The position numbers were made by a program, and so were the translations under genes. From Eutreptiella sp. 'Long Island Sound 2002' (Eukaryota > Protista > Euglenida): a stretch of 64,000 bases of DNA. Shown piece by piece: positions 1 through 13,097 of this stretch. Numbering within the stretch: position 1 is the first letter of the stretch; each line of letters starts with the position of its first letter. Where the stretch lies: NCBI GenBank assembly GCA_964036045.1, contig OZ038378.1, positions 24,428,001-24,492,000 of the forward strand, in the 5' to 3' direction. The notes below the pieces were generated by a model. That model was not told the origin of the DNA. It saw nothing but the letters and a program-made list of their open reading frames with translations, and searched no databases.

Positions 1-77
1 GTTGCAATGGGCGCACACCCGGCGGCCCGGCATCCGCACCGGCACGTGGGAAATGGCATTTTTGAAGAGCGGTGTGT

Positions 78-2491
78 CTGCACAACACGGAACACGTACT
101 TTTAGGCTCCAGAGGCAGAACCGGAGGCAACGCCGATAACGCGCAACACGCGCAGAACGCGCCACACGCAGTCCAGAGGCACAGTCAGAGGCAACACGCA
201 GCACACGTAGCACAGGGCACTGTGGGTGTTTTTTTCATGGGGGGGGTGGTTTGAGCCTCAATTCCCCTACCACACAGCAACCTGCAGCGGAGGGGGGGGG
301 TTTCAACCTCGATTCCCCGACCGCAGAGCAATAGGCAACAGGTGTGGTATCTTTTTTTACGGGACACCACCAGTTCGCTTGTGCTGGGCGCCGGGCACTA
401 CATGTCCGATCGCCATAATACTCCGTTATCGTACAGCCAAGAAACCGGGTATAGCTACCACATATTACGACGCCACCAGTCCGGCGCCTGTTGAGAAAAA
501 GCGCCTGTCTGCGCCGAAACTTCCCAAGGGGGGACCCGCAAAGCGGGCTGCGAACTCTGCCGCCCCCGGGACTCGTCGGGGTCCGGCCATCCCGGACTCG
601 GTTCCCCAAGCGGGGAGAAAAACCCCTGGAACCCCTCCCCCTCCCACCCGTCCTCCCCCTCCCAGCCCTCCCAACCCTCTACACTTCTTGGATTTCGCCG
701 TCCGTCATCTTGCCCTCGGCTGCCGTCTCCGGTTCGGCATGGCGTTCCGGGGAGTCGGGGGGCTCCTCCTTCACTCGCACAGGCGCCTGCAGAACGCGGA
801 AAACGGGGTGCTGTCCTCCAGAGGAAGGCCAGAATCGAGACACGTGTAACGCGTAACACGCGCAGAACGCGCAACACATGCCAGGGCGGATTCCAGAGGC
901 AAAACAAAACCATACGGGCATAACGCGCAAACAGCAGTGACCCCGCAACGCGCACCTGCTCACCTGCCGGACCATCATCGCCCCCTGCTGAGACCTCCGT
1001 GCGTGCGGCAGCGCCTTCTGCAGCGCCTTCTGCGGGCTCCTTGGGTCCTTCTTTGGCCCCCTGACCTTCCGTCTCTGGGGGAGGCTTCTGCAGAACGCGA
1101 ACGACGTGATGTCTGTCCTCCAGAGGCACGGCGGAGGCAAGACATGTAGAACGCGGAGAACGCGCACCACGCGCAACACGGGGCGTACCAGCCTCTAGAG
1201 GCGACAAAGAAGCACGCGTGGAGAACACGCAGCACAGCGACCTGCTCCACCTCCATCCCAACGGCGCCAGATCCTTCTGTTTTGATGCTCTGGGGATCGT
1301 CCCGCGTCTCGCCCGTCTCCTGCGGATCCTGTGGAAACACGAGGGGGGCAACCAAGTGGCAGAACATCGGGCAGCCGAGACCGGGGCTCCACATACATGT
1401 GACTCACGGCTCCGTACAAACCACGCATTGAAAGCCGCAACGGAGGACGTACGATCGGGTTGGTTCCGCAGCCGCCCACGCACCTTCTTGCTCTCTGCCA
1501 CATCGGCGAATGGGCCGAGCAGCGCCTTCGGACGAAGCTCCGGCGGCTCGCCCGATGCGCCGGGGGGCGCGCCATAGGGCAGGGGAGGCGGGGAACCCCG
1601 CGGCGGCGCGCCATACGGCAGGGGAGGGGGGTGGCCCCGCGGCGGCGCACCATAGGGCAAGGGAGGCGGGTGGCCCCGCGGCGGCTGGCCATGCGGCGGC
1701 GGGCCCCGCAGCAGTGGCGGATAGCTGGGCCACTGCGGGTCTTCGTCGTACGACTGCTGGTACTGCGGTGGCGGGCCTGGCAGGTGCGGGTACCCGCTCA
1801 TGTGCGGGGGCGCCCAATCCCAAGCGGCAGTCTGCACAACGTGTAACACGGCAAGTCCTCCTCCAGAAGCGTGCAAGGAATCATGCGTGTAACACGCGTA
1901 GAACGCGCATCACGCTACCATGGGCCTCCAGAGGCGGCGCGGAGGCACCAGCGCGCACACCACCGAGACCACAAAGCACACAGATACCCGCGGTTTCTTC
2001 GCCGCCAGCTCTCGGGTGCGCACCAACGACCATGCTCCAGACGCCGGAAGTTCGAGTTGCCGTTCCTCTTCCAATTCGTACGCCATCCGTACTCCACCCC
2101 ATTGAACAATCACATACATGTCTGTTGTTTGATCTGGAACACGATGAACGCGTTGTGCTTCAGCGTGGCCGCGCTCCCCCAACTGCCCAGGTGGCCCCCC
2201 TTGGCGAGCCACTGCTTGTGGCTATCCGGGAAAAGCGGTGCGGGCATAAAGAAAGGGCTGAGGTACAGGAGGACGCGTAGCTCGCGCAAAACGTGGGTTC
2301 CGGCCTCCAGAAGCGTGATGTCGGTTACGTGCGGAACGCGGAACACGCCTTGCACGGATATGCGACACGAGTTATTCGAGTTCCAGAGGCACACCTAGAA
2401 GCGAACGCTTAGAACACGTAACACGCGTAACACGCGCGGCACACGGAGCACGAAAGCCAAGGTAGAGGCAACGGCACGATACGCTTCTCAC
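78..2491 (-). other. Family of five related GT-AG introns (78-220, 787-955, 1088-1241, 1832-1987, 2281-2491) sharing internal motifs
   Basis: Each intron carries 2-3 copies of GCCTCTGGA/GCTTCTGGAG, arrays of GCGTGTT/GCGTTCT, and a similar 3' end (for example CCTCTGGAGGACAG...CGCGTTCTGCAG in two of them). Confidence 0.75.
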
Positions 2492-2530
2492 ATGGAAAAC
2501 GGTGGAAATGAACAAAACGGATGCTTCCAT
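679..2530 (-). CDS. Multi-exon gene encoding a proline-rich/acidic protein of unknown function (about 330-360 aa)
   Basis: Hand splicing gives a continuous frame. Exons: 2530-2492, 2280-1988, 1831-1397, 1328-1242, 1087-956 and 786-679 (stop TAG). GT-AG introns: 2491-2281, 1987-1832, 1396-1329, 1241-1088 and 955-787. All exons except exon 2 are multiples of 3; exon 2 needs either a small intron (about 2117-2035) or a 1-nt indel. Contains (PPLPYGAPPRG)x3. Confidence 0.6.
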
Positions 2531-3019
2531 GACGTCCGGCACGTTCGAAAACCCCCCGGAACAACAAAACTTTATGGATTCATTTTTGACGAACAAAAAA
2601 CGTTGATTCCGTTCTGCGCGTGGTAGACAAAGGAATATGCTATTCTCAGACCATTAACTTCTGTCAAGCGATTTTTCAGGACAGCGGCGCGCGCCGCATT
2701 GCAGGGCCGCTAATACTGAGTTTGATGTCACTTAGGAATGAGATAATATAGACTATCGCTGAGTTTTCAGCATGTTTCACATTGTATTGCCTGTTTTTGG
2801 AATTATGCCATTTTCGCTGTGCATATTTCTGTGTTTCAGCCATGTTTGTTTGCTGAGGAGGCCCGTAGAGGCGAAACCGGTTCAAACCCAATCAATTTCT
2901 GAGAGAGACCTTGGCCGTGCCCGTTGCTTGCTTTGGTTTGGAGGTCAGCTTTGGCGTCAACCACAATCAACGAGAGTGGAAAACATTTTCTTGGGCTTTT
3001 TATTTCTATCACCACCATG

Positions 3020-4166
3020 TCATTTACATTGAGCATTGGAGGCACTTGGCCAAAAGAGCTGAACCCAGACAGAGAAGGGGCCACATGTGGGGCCATTGGA
3101 GGAGGTCTGGCAGAAGCAGGAGAAGCTGTAAAGGTGGGTTGAGGACCATGAACATTCATCGCTACACTTGTTATTGCTGGATATGGTGGTGATGGGTTGC
3201 TTAATGTTGAAGAGGTAGAAGGTGAAGAAGCAGCGGATGTTGTTGGCGGTCTTTGTGATGGGGTTGCCGTCCATGGTCCTAGCATGAATGCCTTCTTCAT
3301 TGGTCCGTTCCATCCATCGCGGGTGCATAGCTTGGAAGACGTTCCTGCGTTTCCGGTAAGCATGGTAAAGTTCCACCCAAAGTTCTCGTTCCTCATCCGT
3401 GAACCTTCCCGGTGTCAGCGTACCACCAGTGAGCGCAACAAATGCTGCTTGATTGTCCACATGTGTTGATCGCTTGAGACACTGCGGAGGCCGGTTGCGC
3501 TTCTGGGAATGGACAGCATTAGGTCGTCGTTGTAGACGATCTGCCATGCTGGCAACGGCAATGGGGGGCGCATTGGATGAGCTGGCGACGTCGACAACGG
3601 GTGAAGCACTTCCCGAACTAGAATCCACCGGTTCAGGAGAAGGAACACGCACGGCTTGATCAACCGATTGTGGGTCACCCTCCAATGGAATAACCTCCGA
3701 AATTGCATCAAACGGATCGACATCGAGTAGTGGGTCATCCTCCAATGGAACAACCTCCGAAATTGAATCAAACGGATCAGCATCGAGTAGCGGGTCAACA
3801 TTCTCAATCAAAACTTCCACATCGTTTCCCGGTCCTTCATGTTCATCAACATAAACATCGACATCTTCAATGGAATCGGCCTCCTGTAACCAACGATTGA
3901 GTTCCTGCATGGTACCTTCTATGTCATCTTCTTCGTTCGTGACGTCAACATCTTCATTGTTCTCCGCATGTTCCAAACCCAAATCAAATTCAATATGTTC
4001 AACAACCTCGTTTGGAGCCACAGCCACGATGCCATTCTCATCTTTGTTGTCATTGTTGCAGGCACAATGTTTCCAGGCTCCAAAATTGGGACATTCAGAT
4101 GGCACTTGAAACCCAGCGGCGGCAGCATGCTCGGGAGTTCGGTAAAGAAGTCCTTGACCAACATTC
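3020..4166 (-). pseudogene. Probable C-terminal part of the same transposase (acidic linker plus helical domain)
   Basis: Overlapping out-of-frame ORF 3020..4267 with an acidic stretch and FTDEERELWVELY...FQAMHPRW...KTANNIRCF, resembling the Myb/HTH-like tails of this transposase type (from memory). Confidence 0.45.
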
Positions 4167-5282
4167 TCACCGTTGGACCAGATGAAACGTGTCTTGATAA
4201 ACATTGCAATTCGGCCCAAATATGGATTGAATCCATCCACGATCTTTGCAGCAGTCGTCGGTGACAAATATTACGACTTCTCCCGCTCTTTGCGCCAAGT
4301 CTTTGAGATAAGGTGTTGCGGTTTCATGCTTCTGGTCACGGCAAAGACACCAAGTCATAACTTGACCCAACTCGTTGAGAGCAATGTAGAGGGCGGAATA
4401 CTGCGGTCTCCACTTCCAACGCATGCCCGTCCCCGTGCGAACACGTTCCCAGTATCCCACGTTCACCACAACTTTGAAGGTGTGATCAGCCGATAACCGG
4501 CAAGCAGGAAGGATGGCCATTTGGCTGCGGTAGAAGCGCTCCACTTTCCAAAACCATTCGAACATCGCTCTTCGTAGGGTGTCATCGGAGGGGACATGCC
4601 GCATACTTTTCAATATTTCGGTATCTGCCGTGAATGAAATTGTGCACGCTGCATTTGCCAGGAACCTTTTCTTGTACTCCTTGAACTGCATTTCGCATCG
4701 TGTGGCATCTTCATCGTAGCGGCGACCAAGTTGGAAACAAAATTCTCGGAATGATTGCCCCGACAGAACCGCATCCTGCAACCAGTTCATGACATCGAAA
4801 CTGATCCCAAATTCGTCGAGGATGAGGTACGGAAAGTACGTAGCCGCGAGCTTGCTGAGTTTGCTTCGATGAGCCACACAAGTCTTCACTACGCATTGCT
4901 TGTTGGGGCAAACGTAGTTGAAGCTGAATAGCAAGTGAGCGGATTGAAGTCCATATAGGCGGAATGTACGGTGGTACCAGCTATCGGTGTTGGTGTCTCT
5001 TTTCAGCTCGCTGTTGCATTGCGTACACCAGCATGATGTTCCCATTTGGCCAATCGGGTCGAAGCAAACAACAGCCGGAAGGCAGAAACTCTCCAAGTTG
5101 CGTCCCCATGTACGTGTCACCACAGGGTACGGAGTATTCTTTCCAAGTGTACTACGCACACGGCGAAGAGCATCAAGACCACTTGGACTGATCTTGTACC
5201 CTTCCTTGGCTCCAGTCTTACCCCCAACGGCCAATACGGAAAGTATACCACAGGTTGCAAATAATAAGATCTTGAGTATCAT
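4167..5282 (-). mobile_element. Truncated DDE transposase, MULE/MuDR-clan-like (LSADHTFK ... VTDDCC ... QDTFH)
   Basis: 371-aa ORF with an N-terminal CxxC..C zinc motif, a first Asp in SADHTFK, then LYIALNELGQV, a second Asp in FVTDDCC and a DxxH motif (DTFH). The ORF stops directly after DxxH, so the catalytic Glu region is missing. Confidence 0.6.
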
Positions 5283-5535
5283 TTTGGCACCTATTATTAT
5301 GAAGTATTGGTTAAATGAAGGTTTAAATTTAATTTGGTTGTGTAAGGTTAACTTAAATTATGTCGTTACAAGTTACATGAAGTTTTACACTTAAATTTTT
5401 GCACATAGCTACAAGCAAAGTCAACAGGTGGTTGACAGTTTTGCTGTAGTTTTGATGGTGGTATTGAGCCTGGCGTAGGTTCGATTCCTGATTCGAGCAT
5501 CAGTGCTGGATCGCTCGCCGCCGATCGCAGCGATC

Positions 5536-5765
5536 GGCGCCGATCGCTGCCATCAGTGGAGCGATCGCTGCCATCAGCAGAGCGATCTGACAATTGTTCC
5601 CAGAGGGATTCGAACCTTAAGTTATAAAATCGCAGCGCCGACTGTGACGCGGCGCCGATCGCTGCCATCAGTGGAGCGATCGCTGCCATCAGCAGAGCGA
5701 TCTGACAATTGTTCCCAGAGGGATTCGAACCTTAAGTTATAAAATCGCAGCGCCGACTGTGACGC
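5536..5765. repeat. Perfect 115-bp tandem duplication rich in CGATCG
   Basis: 5536-5650 is identical to 5651-5765. Confidence 0.9.
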
Positions 5766-5932
5766 CCTTCAGCGCCGGCGCCTCATCGACTGTCCAGTCA
5801 TCCCAAAAATTCCCCCACCCAGCTGTTCCGCCGGGAGCCCCACCCAGCGCTTCATCATCATTCACCCCCTCCAGGTGGAGGCCTTGCCCTGATTTTTTGT
5901 GGCAGGGCACTGACGCCACTAGGTGGGGATTT

Positions 5933-5994
5933 GTCGACCTAATGTCGACCTAAGTCGATCGACATTAGGTCGACATCAGGTCGACATTAGGTCG
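5933..5994. repeat. Palindromic cluster of 12-bp GTCGAC-containing units
   Basis: gtcgacctaatgtcga (5933-5948) is inverted against tcgacattaggtcgac (5959-5974), with a further copy at 5981-5994. Confidence 0.85.
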
Positions 5995-6367
5995 CAATAA
6001 GGGCTGCGGTAACAGACAAAAAATGATGAAAAAAAGACGATGCATTTGTCGCATCCGCAGTTAATGAATTAATTATTTGATGAATCGCAATACAGTCAGG
6101 TTGATTTTTTGGTTCCAGTTTCGTTGTGCTGCAGAAATTGCATTTAAGGAAAGGTCCGTGAAAGCTTGACTTTGACTTGTGATAAGGTTGCCTTTCTGGT
6201 TTGCATTTGTGGTAGGATGGTGTAGATAAGGCAGATAAGCAACGCTCAGGAACCTAAGCAACGATCGAGGTTCAGATTTCCAAAAGTTGGTTGATGCTAG
6301 ACGCGTTTCGGGATCGTGGTTGCGGATGATACTCTCAATTCAAGCCCCGATTTGCCTTTGGGTGGCA

Positions 6368-6614
6368 GTGCGTTTTACCGGGGAACGCACGTGAGTATGG
6401 TTCCGTTTACCTTTTGAGCTACACTCCATTTTAGAGGTACGCTCAGCGGAACCATACTCCCACCTGAACTGCCTTACTGTATTTACACGTATATAGGTTA
6501 CCCAATCATGTATGTATTGTACGCAAGCGGGATTCAATCCCGTGCCCGCCCGGGGCATACGGACCACACATACTGTTGTGGTCCGTATGCCCCGGGCGGG
6601 CATGGGAATTGAAT
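6368..6614. other. Three consecutive stem-loops
   Basis: Inverted pairs: 6368-6374/6384-6390; 6393-6405/6447-6459 (13 bp perfect); 6544-6568/6577-6601 (25 bp perfect, extendable to 6532-6614). Confidence 0.85.
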
Positions 6615-6730
6615 GTGGCTTGCGGCATTGGAGAATGATGAAAATCGTTGAAATTACTTTTGTGACACACAAATTGCAACACCGAACATTCCCAATTGCA
6701 CCTCAGATTTGTGATTCACGACCCCGATTC

Positions 6731-7130
<400 letters not shown>

Positions 7131-7620
7131 TCAAATGTTGTATCATACTCTAATCACACAACCACCTCCAACACAACAACCAATAGTTCCACATCCACCT
7201 ACTCCAACCACACAACCCCAACAGTTCACTCAACAACAACCCCCATTTCCATCTCTGCCTGGGTCGCAATATTTCAACCCCTGAATCTGGTCATGAAGCG
7301 AAAATGTATGTATAACCATTCCAACACAAGTTGCATGCTACGGATACACTATCCTTTGACCCTTCAGAGAATTTGAGTTCATCAATTTGTCAAGTTGTTC
7401 ATGTCCCTTGCATGCCTTTTGTTGTCTTTGTTTGCCCTTCATTGCAATTGCCCTTAATAAGTGCCTAGGATCCAACTTCAATAGACCCACATGTAGTGAA
7501 GTCAGTGCCTATTATATGAGTGACTTCACTACATGGGGATGAATAACACAATTTTTACATCCATTGGGACATCCCAAATCTGCCCATCCATGAATTTCTA
7601 TTTGTCCAATGACATCCCAC

Positions 7621-7755
7621 ATCGATGTAATTTGTAGGATTTCCCCATCCAAATCGATGTAATTTGTAGGATTTCCCCATCCAAATCCCTTCCCCAAGTC
7701 GCATTTGACATCCCGCATCCATTAAATTTATCGGATTTTCCCATCCAAATCCCTT
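7621..7755. repeat. 32-bp tandem repeat (2 perfect copies plus 1 degenerate)
   Basis: atcgatgtaatttgtaggatttccccatccaa at 7621 and 7653; a related ttttcccatccaaatcccttcccca follows at about 7736. Confidence 0.8.
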
Positions 7756-10399
7756 CCCCACATTGGATTTCACCCTCTCCATGCATCCCAAATCCTTCCA
7801 ATTTGTAGATCCAAATCTTCCTTTTTATCCTCCAAAATCTTCCTTTTTTTAGGCATTTTTCTTCCCCAGTCACCATTATCCCCGTCTAGTGAAGTTACTG
7901 CCTTTGGCAGAAAAACGGGTTAACCAGACCGTCGTTAAGGTAGTAGTTTCCCTTGAAACATGGCAAGAGGCAAAGCAAAAGCAAAGCGGAAGAAGTGAAA
8001 TGTTCGATCACATGAGTAAGGTACAAAACCCTGCCGCCCGCATGGGGAAAAAAGCCTCCACTCCAAGGTAAACTGCCCTAATCGAGGCAGCTGCTCTAAT
8101 TGAGGGCCACTTTGGGCTTATGTTGTCTTTTTGTGCAAAACCCTTTGAAACTCGCTACCAATGGCCCTAGCAATGTCCCAACTGTCCCTCCTAGCAAGGA
8201 AACACATCAAAGGCAAGGAAACGACTCGGAAGTGAAGCACATCCTTTATTTGAAAAACCACCAAACCCAAGCGCCCGCCAATTTCCCGCTTTGTGTATGC
8301 TTGCCTAACGTTGCCCGCTGAAGAGTACGCATCATAGCAAATTTGAATACATTAAAAACCAAACATGCCACATGAAATTAATGTTCTAGAGTAAAAAAAA
8401 CCCCAATTGGGGGGATCTTGTATCTTCTCTTTACTCTTCTTCTTCCATAACCTTCTTGTGTTGTTTTTTCTCCCCCTTTTCCTTTGTTTCATTTTCAGAT
8501 TAAGTGATGCGGTGGACAAGCCATTGCTTGTTACTATTGCACCCAACCTCAATGCATTTGACGACAACTCCCTCCGATGCCCAAAGCCTTTGCCACCCTC
8601 ATCTCACTCGTTTGCGAAGAACCATAGCCAGAACACCCTTTCCGTATTGATAGCATCCTTGTTTAAAGGATAAGAAAAAACACCTCGCTTTGATGGGGAT
8701 CCGTGGGGCCCTATACCGTTTTCTTTGGTGTTCCCCATGTCACTACATCCATGATCCAGGACACCCGAGGTTAGTATTCAAAATTGTACTTCATCCCCAC
8801 CCTTCACGCGACCGTAATCCAAATTCACAAACAATCATAACACGGTCGCTATGCCATCTCATGCTCCAACATGGTACCGGCTTGCACAATACAACCATAT
8901 TCTATGATAATGGCCCACATAGCAGCCCACTCCAAAACAACTTTGCCAGCCATTTTTGGTGCTCTGGGTCGCACGGCCTTAAGGGGTGCACATACAACTC
9001 CGCAGGGGTGAACTTAGGATCACCCCTCTTTTTGCTAGCAAAGGCAAGAGAAGGGCACCAATGCACCCCTCTCTTTCTTCGCCCATATGACACAAAACCT
9101 GCCCAAAAAAGGACGGATACTCTCTTCCCTTCCCTTCAGCTCTCGAAGGTACCTTTGCCCTTCCTCCCAATCATTGCACTCCATTGGTTCTCCATTCTTC
9201 CGCTTTGGCTTCCTATATTTTTTCCGATCCTCGCCACCTCCAAAAACCGGTGCAGGCCGTTTCTTGGCAACTACTTGTGCTTGCGGCATAGGCGTAGCAT
9301 CGGGTGATGGGGTGTATCCCAAATCAACGTTTCCGCGCCAAGCACTATAATATGCCTTTTGTAGATGCTTATCTTCCACCGAATCATCGGTCATGGGGTC
9401 AGCACTTTAAAGTGCCCCTAAAGTGGGGTTATCGAACAACAGGTTAGCAGTAGGCTGCGCAAACACCACTGGCGTCTGCATGACCCACGGCACAAGACGT
9501 GGGGTGTAGTGGGCGTGGTGTTGCAAACATAAGCCAGTCTGACCCAAGTACTGGTATGAAAGGTACCGACCCACTCTCTGCCCAAACAGCATGAGGGGCA
9601 TGGCCAATGTCGCATGCATGCCCCCAGCGCTGTGCTCGTGGCATTGAGGCAAAATCCAAGGCCCAACACAATATGCTATGGTGTGAGGAGAACTAAAAGA
9701 AAAAAAATCCAAAAAAAATGCAAGAGAAAGTTCTTTGGCACCAGTTGGTTGTTTGGCTGGTGGGCCTTGACCAACTCAACCCCCCCCCCTTGACACATCC
9801 GCGAAGCCTCCCACTTTTGATTGCTTGATCTATGCTGCTCGTGCACATATGTATGTAGGCTCGCATTTTCACCCTATCACATGCCGCAAACAACACAAAT
9901 TTCCCCATGGGACATTTTTGATGGCCCGTGGAGCATGTTGCCGACATGCTGCAGAAGTTGACCTATCATGCAACAGAATAATGCATTTGTTTTGCCACCC
10001 AGGTTGGCCACACATGTCCGTGGAGGACTTGCGCTTTGACATCTCTCCCAAATGATGGGCATGCATTCAACTTTCCACAAAATTTTTGTGGTTGACTCCC
10101 TTTTGTGGCCTCTTGCATCCGCCCTCTATAGTTGTGATTGGCGCTCCAAGAACTTGAGCCACATCGTGGCCACAATTGTGGAACCTTCCCCACCTTTAGA
10201 ACCTTTCACAAATGTCTATCTCTTTGCGCTCCCATTATGGCCTTGTTGGTGGCCAATACAGGGTAACCCCCCCCGGTTTTGAACGAACCCCCCCACAACC
10301 CCCTCAAAAATACACCAAACCCCTGGACTGGAGACAACGTGCACACCAATACACCAAACCATTGGACAAAAGTTGCATTTCACAAGACACTGGTTCCTT

Positions 10400-11700
10400 T
10401 CACTGTGGATTGTTTGGACGGAAGTATGAGGCAATGGAACGCTGGTTTCTTTTGGGTTGCACAATAGAGTCAGCAGCAGGAGGTGGCTTTGCAGCAGCGT
10501 GAGGTCATGTGCTTCAGCTCCAAGCAACGAAAAAGCAACACGTTTTGCACCAGCACGGAGCTTTTTCGTTTTGCCAGCAAGGGTCTGGGCATACAATTTC
10601 CCGTAGTTTATCTTAAAAAGAAACATCCAAAATGCATCCAACCACTGGATACAAGCTGTCATACCCACAGGAACACGTGTGGAACATTTGCAGGAATAGT
10701 TTCCGGCTGTCCATTTCCTCTTTCACCTGATCAGTCCAATGCTATCTTGCACAATCCAAAACCATTGTCATGGGTGACACATTGCCTGCGAACCACTTCC
10801 CTAAAATTGTCACCGTTAAAGGCCCATTCACAACTCCCTTATCTTGGAAAAGATAGGTCACTCGGTCATCATAAAGATCTCTCTCTCGTTTGGGGACATT
10901 CCCCTAGCCCTTGAAAACAGTTGGAGGCGAATTATAAACGACATTTTGACCCTGTGACCTCACAAAAAAGGGACAGACCTAGTCCCAAAACACAGATGGA
11001 TGTGTTTTCACTCCATTCTCCAATTGAGTATCCAACCAAGCAACAACTGCCACTTCAATTTCTTGATAAATTGCTTTGCGGCCAGCCCCAGTCAATCGTT
11101 TTCGCTAAAGGGCAGATGTACCAGCTGATGCCAAACGGCGACACTCCTCACAGATGGCATTCTCGGCCTTTTTCCATTTGGATAGAAAAGAGTTGCTGAG
11201 CTGCCAGTGAGGTAAAATTTTCATTTGAACATGGTACTGGTTCCCATTTGCCTCCTTCAATTTCACCAAACCATACAACTTGTGACCGAAGGACCAGGGC
11301 CGCCTCCCCTTTTGGGGTTTTGCTGAGGGTGTATGCCAACGTTAGCCCAGATGTGCTTTTGGTTTTTTTGCTGGAGTTTCAGCATCTGAGGCCTCAACAG
11401 ATGCATTTGTGGCCTCAGATGCTTCAGCAAGTTGTTGCAGCAGTACCTCATCGGACAACTCAGATACATGCTGCTCATCAACATCAGCCCCACCATCTTC
11501 ATCAGCAGGGTCATCTTCACGTTTTTCAGGAGCACAAACAGCATCACGGAGGACATCCACCTCAATGTCAGACTCAACAGAACTGCAATCACCGTCATCA
11601 CGGCTAGAAACCTCGTTTTCATCAACAAAATTGTTCAAAACAGCATTGATTTTCTGAGCCATATTCTGTTTGGAAGAGAAAATACATGGGGGAAGGGTAA
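10400..11700 (-). mobile_element. Decayed, internally deleted pogo/Tigger-type (Tc1/mariner, DDE_1) transposon
   Basis: CENP-B-type HTH RKRLTGAGRKAIYQEIEVAVVAWI (about 11034-11104) and a DDE_1 motif VPVGMTACIQWLDAF, similar to PxGxTxxLQPLD (10621-10680). Acidic N-terminal ORF 11342..11758. Multiple stops; TIRs not identified. Confidence 0.7.
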
Positions 11701-12501
11701 TGCATGCAGTTTGCTGTAGGACACAAATAGAACGAACGCCCCCACTATAACGAACCATCCCACAAAAAACAACAAGCCAAAAGTTATAACCGAATGGTCC
11801 AGTCTAAACCAGGCACAGGTTTGTGATCACAGGGCCTGGAGGATATCACACTCTCTATTTTCTGCACCATGTGCCCCTCGATTTGGATTGCAAAAAATCA
11901 TTTGCCTGGAGATTGCATTGTATTTACAGCATTCTTTTTGCATGTCCGCTAGTGTCCACTTTAGTGACAGCCGCCGGTTGGCACTGATGGATGTAGTTTG
12001 CTATGGAGATGACCCTCTTGCTGATGAATGCGCGGCGACACCATTCTGGTCTTGCTTTCAGGTCCAGCACCAAGCACTTGCAGTTGTGCTTGGCGTGCTT
12101 TTGTTGCGCGTGATTTAGCTCAGCCTTACAGTATTGCCAACAGCACCATCGCCGCCACCGAAAACCCGAGCACCAGCATCGGCACACACCCCCGCCAACA
12201 TCCGGTGCACAAGACTTATGGTTGGCAAACAATACCAGTGCACCTTCAGTGTGTCTTTCGTGAATGCATGGGCCTCAGTGGCTACACTTAGAATAGCATT
12301 GACATTGTAGAGACAGTGTGTGCTTGTATTGCACTGGGGCATTGAGAGTGTTGGGTATGATGGTGGGGATATTGTTGGTGGAAGCAGGCCGATGGGACTG
12401 TGTGCAAAGAACCTTGGTCATAGGGTGGTGACATGCATATTGTACGCCTTTGGTGGTTGTTTCCGCTCGTGTGTCTCCTTCGACAATCATTGATAACATC
12501 T

Positions 12502-12507
12502 CTTGCT

Positions 12508-12596
<89 letters not shown>
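12502..12596. repeat. (CT)n microsatellite
   Basis: Seen directly. Confidence 0.95.
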
Positions 12597-13097
12597 TGTA
12601 TGTTGAGCCTGTGCTCGTTTTGCATTTGCATTGTGTACGCACATTTGCCACTCTCACTCGGGCCCTTGATCTAGGGCTTCTTTTATCACGGAGAAGGGCC
12701 GTTTCGCTTTGACCAGCATGTGAGCATGTGGTACATTTGAACAAGATTGTTTCCGTCTCTTCTGGGCCACCATTGCATGTGCAGGGCTAGGGCAAGGGTT
12801 GAGCACTGCTCCAGGAATTAACAAGAAGCATCCATGAATTAACAGCAACCCTCCAGGAATCAACCATCCGTTTTTGCAACAAAAACCCTGCACAAAAAGG
12901 AAAAAACACTACTGTGATACATTTTAGTGCACAAAGATTGGGGGGGGGGGTGGCCAAATCCGCCCTCCCTCCTCCTTCAAAACCCCCGCCCCCCCCCCCC
13001 CGTCTTAAAATAAGCCCTGCCTTGATTCCCATGAACACGTTAGGGTGCAGTGTCCTTGTGGGTTGACTGCTCCGTGCTGCCTCTCTTGCTGTTTCAG

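Noticed and set aside
1-77. HVPVRMPGRRVCAHCN resembling the piggyBac C-terminal cysteine-rich domain
   Set aside because: Only 25 residues at the window edge, frame linkage to the upstream exon is unresolved, and there is no piggyBac core or TTAA-CCC end.
5461-5730. tRNA B-box-like GGTTCGATTCC (5478-5488) and GGTTCGAATCC on the minus strand (about 5605 and 5720)
   Set aside because: No A-box/D-arm, anticodon arm or acceptor stem can be built; the T-stems pair poorly.
2652-6068. 8-bp inverted match CATTAACT with TTAA at both sides of the DHTFK element as possible termini
   Set aside because: Similarity does not extend beyond 8 bp; this is expected by chance.
6290-6345. Penelope-type hammerhead signature CGAAACGCGTC on the minus strand
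   Set aside because: The CUGANGA core is absent (TTGAATTGA instead) and stem II is weak, so at most a dead remnant.
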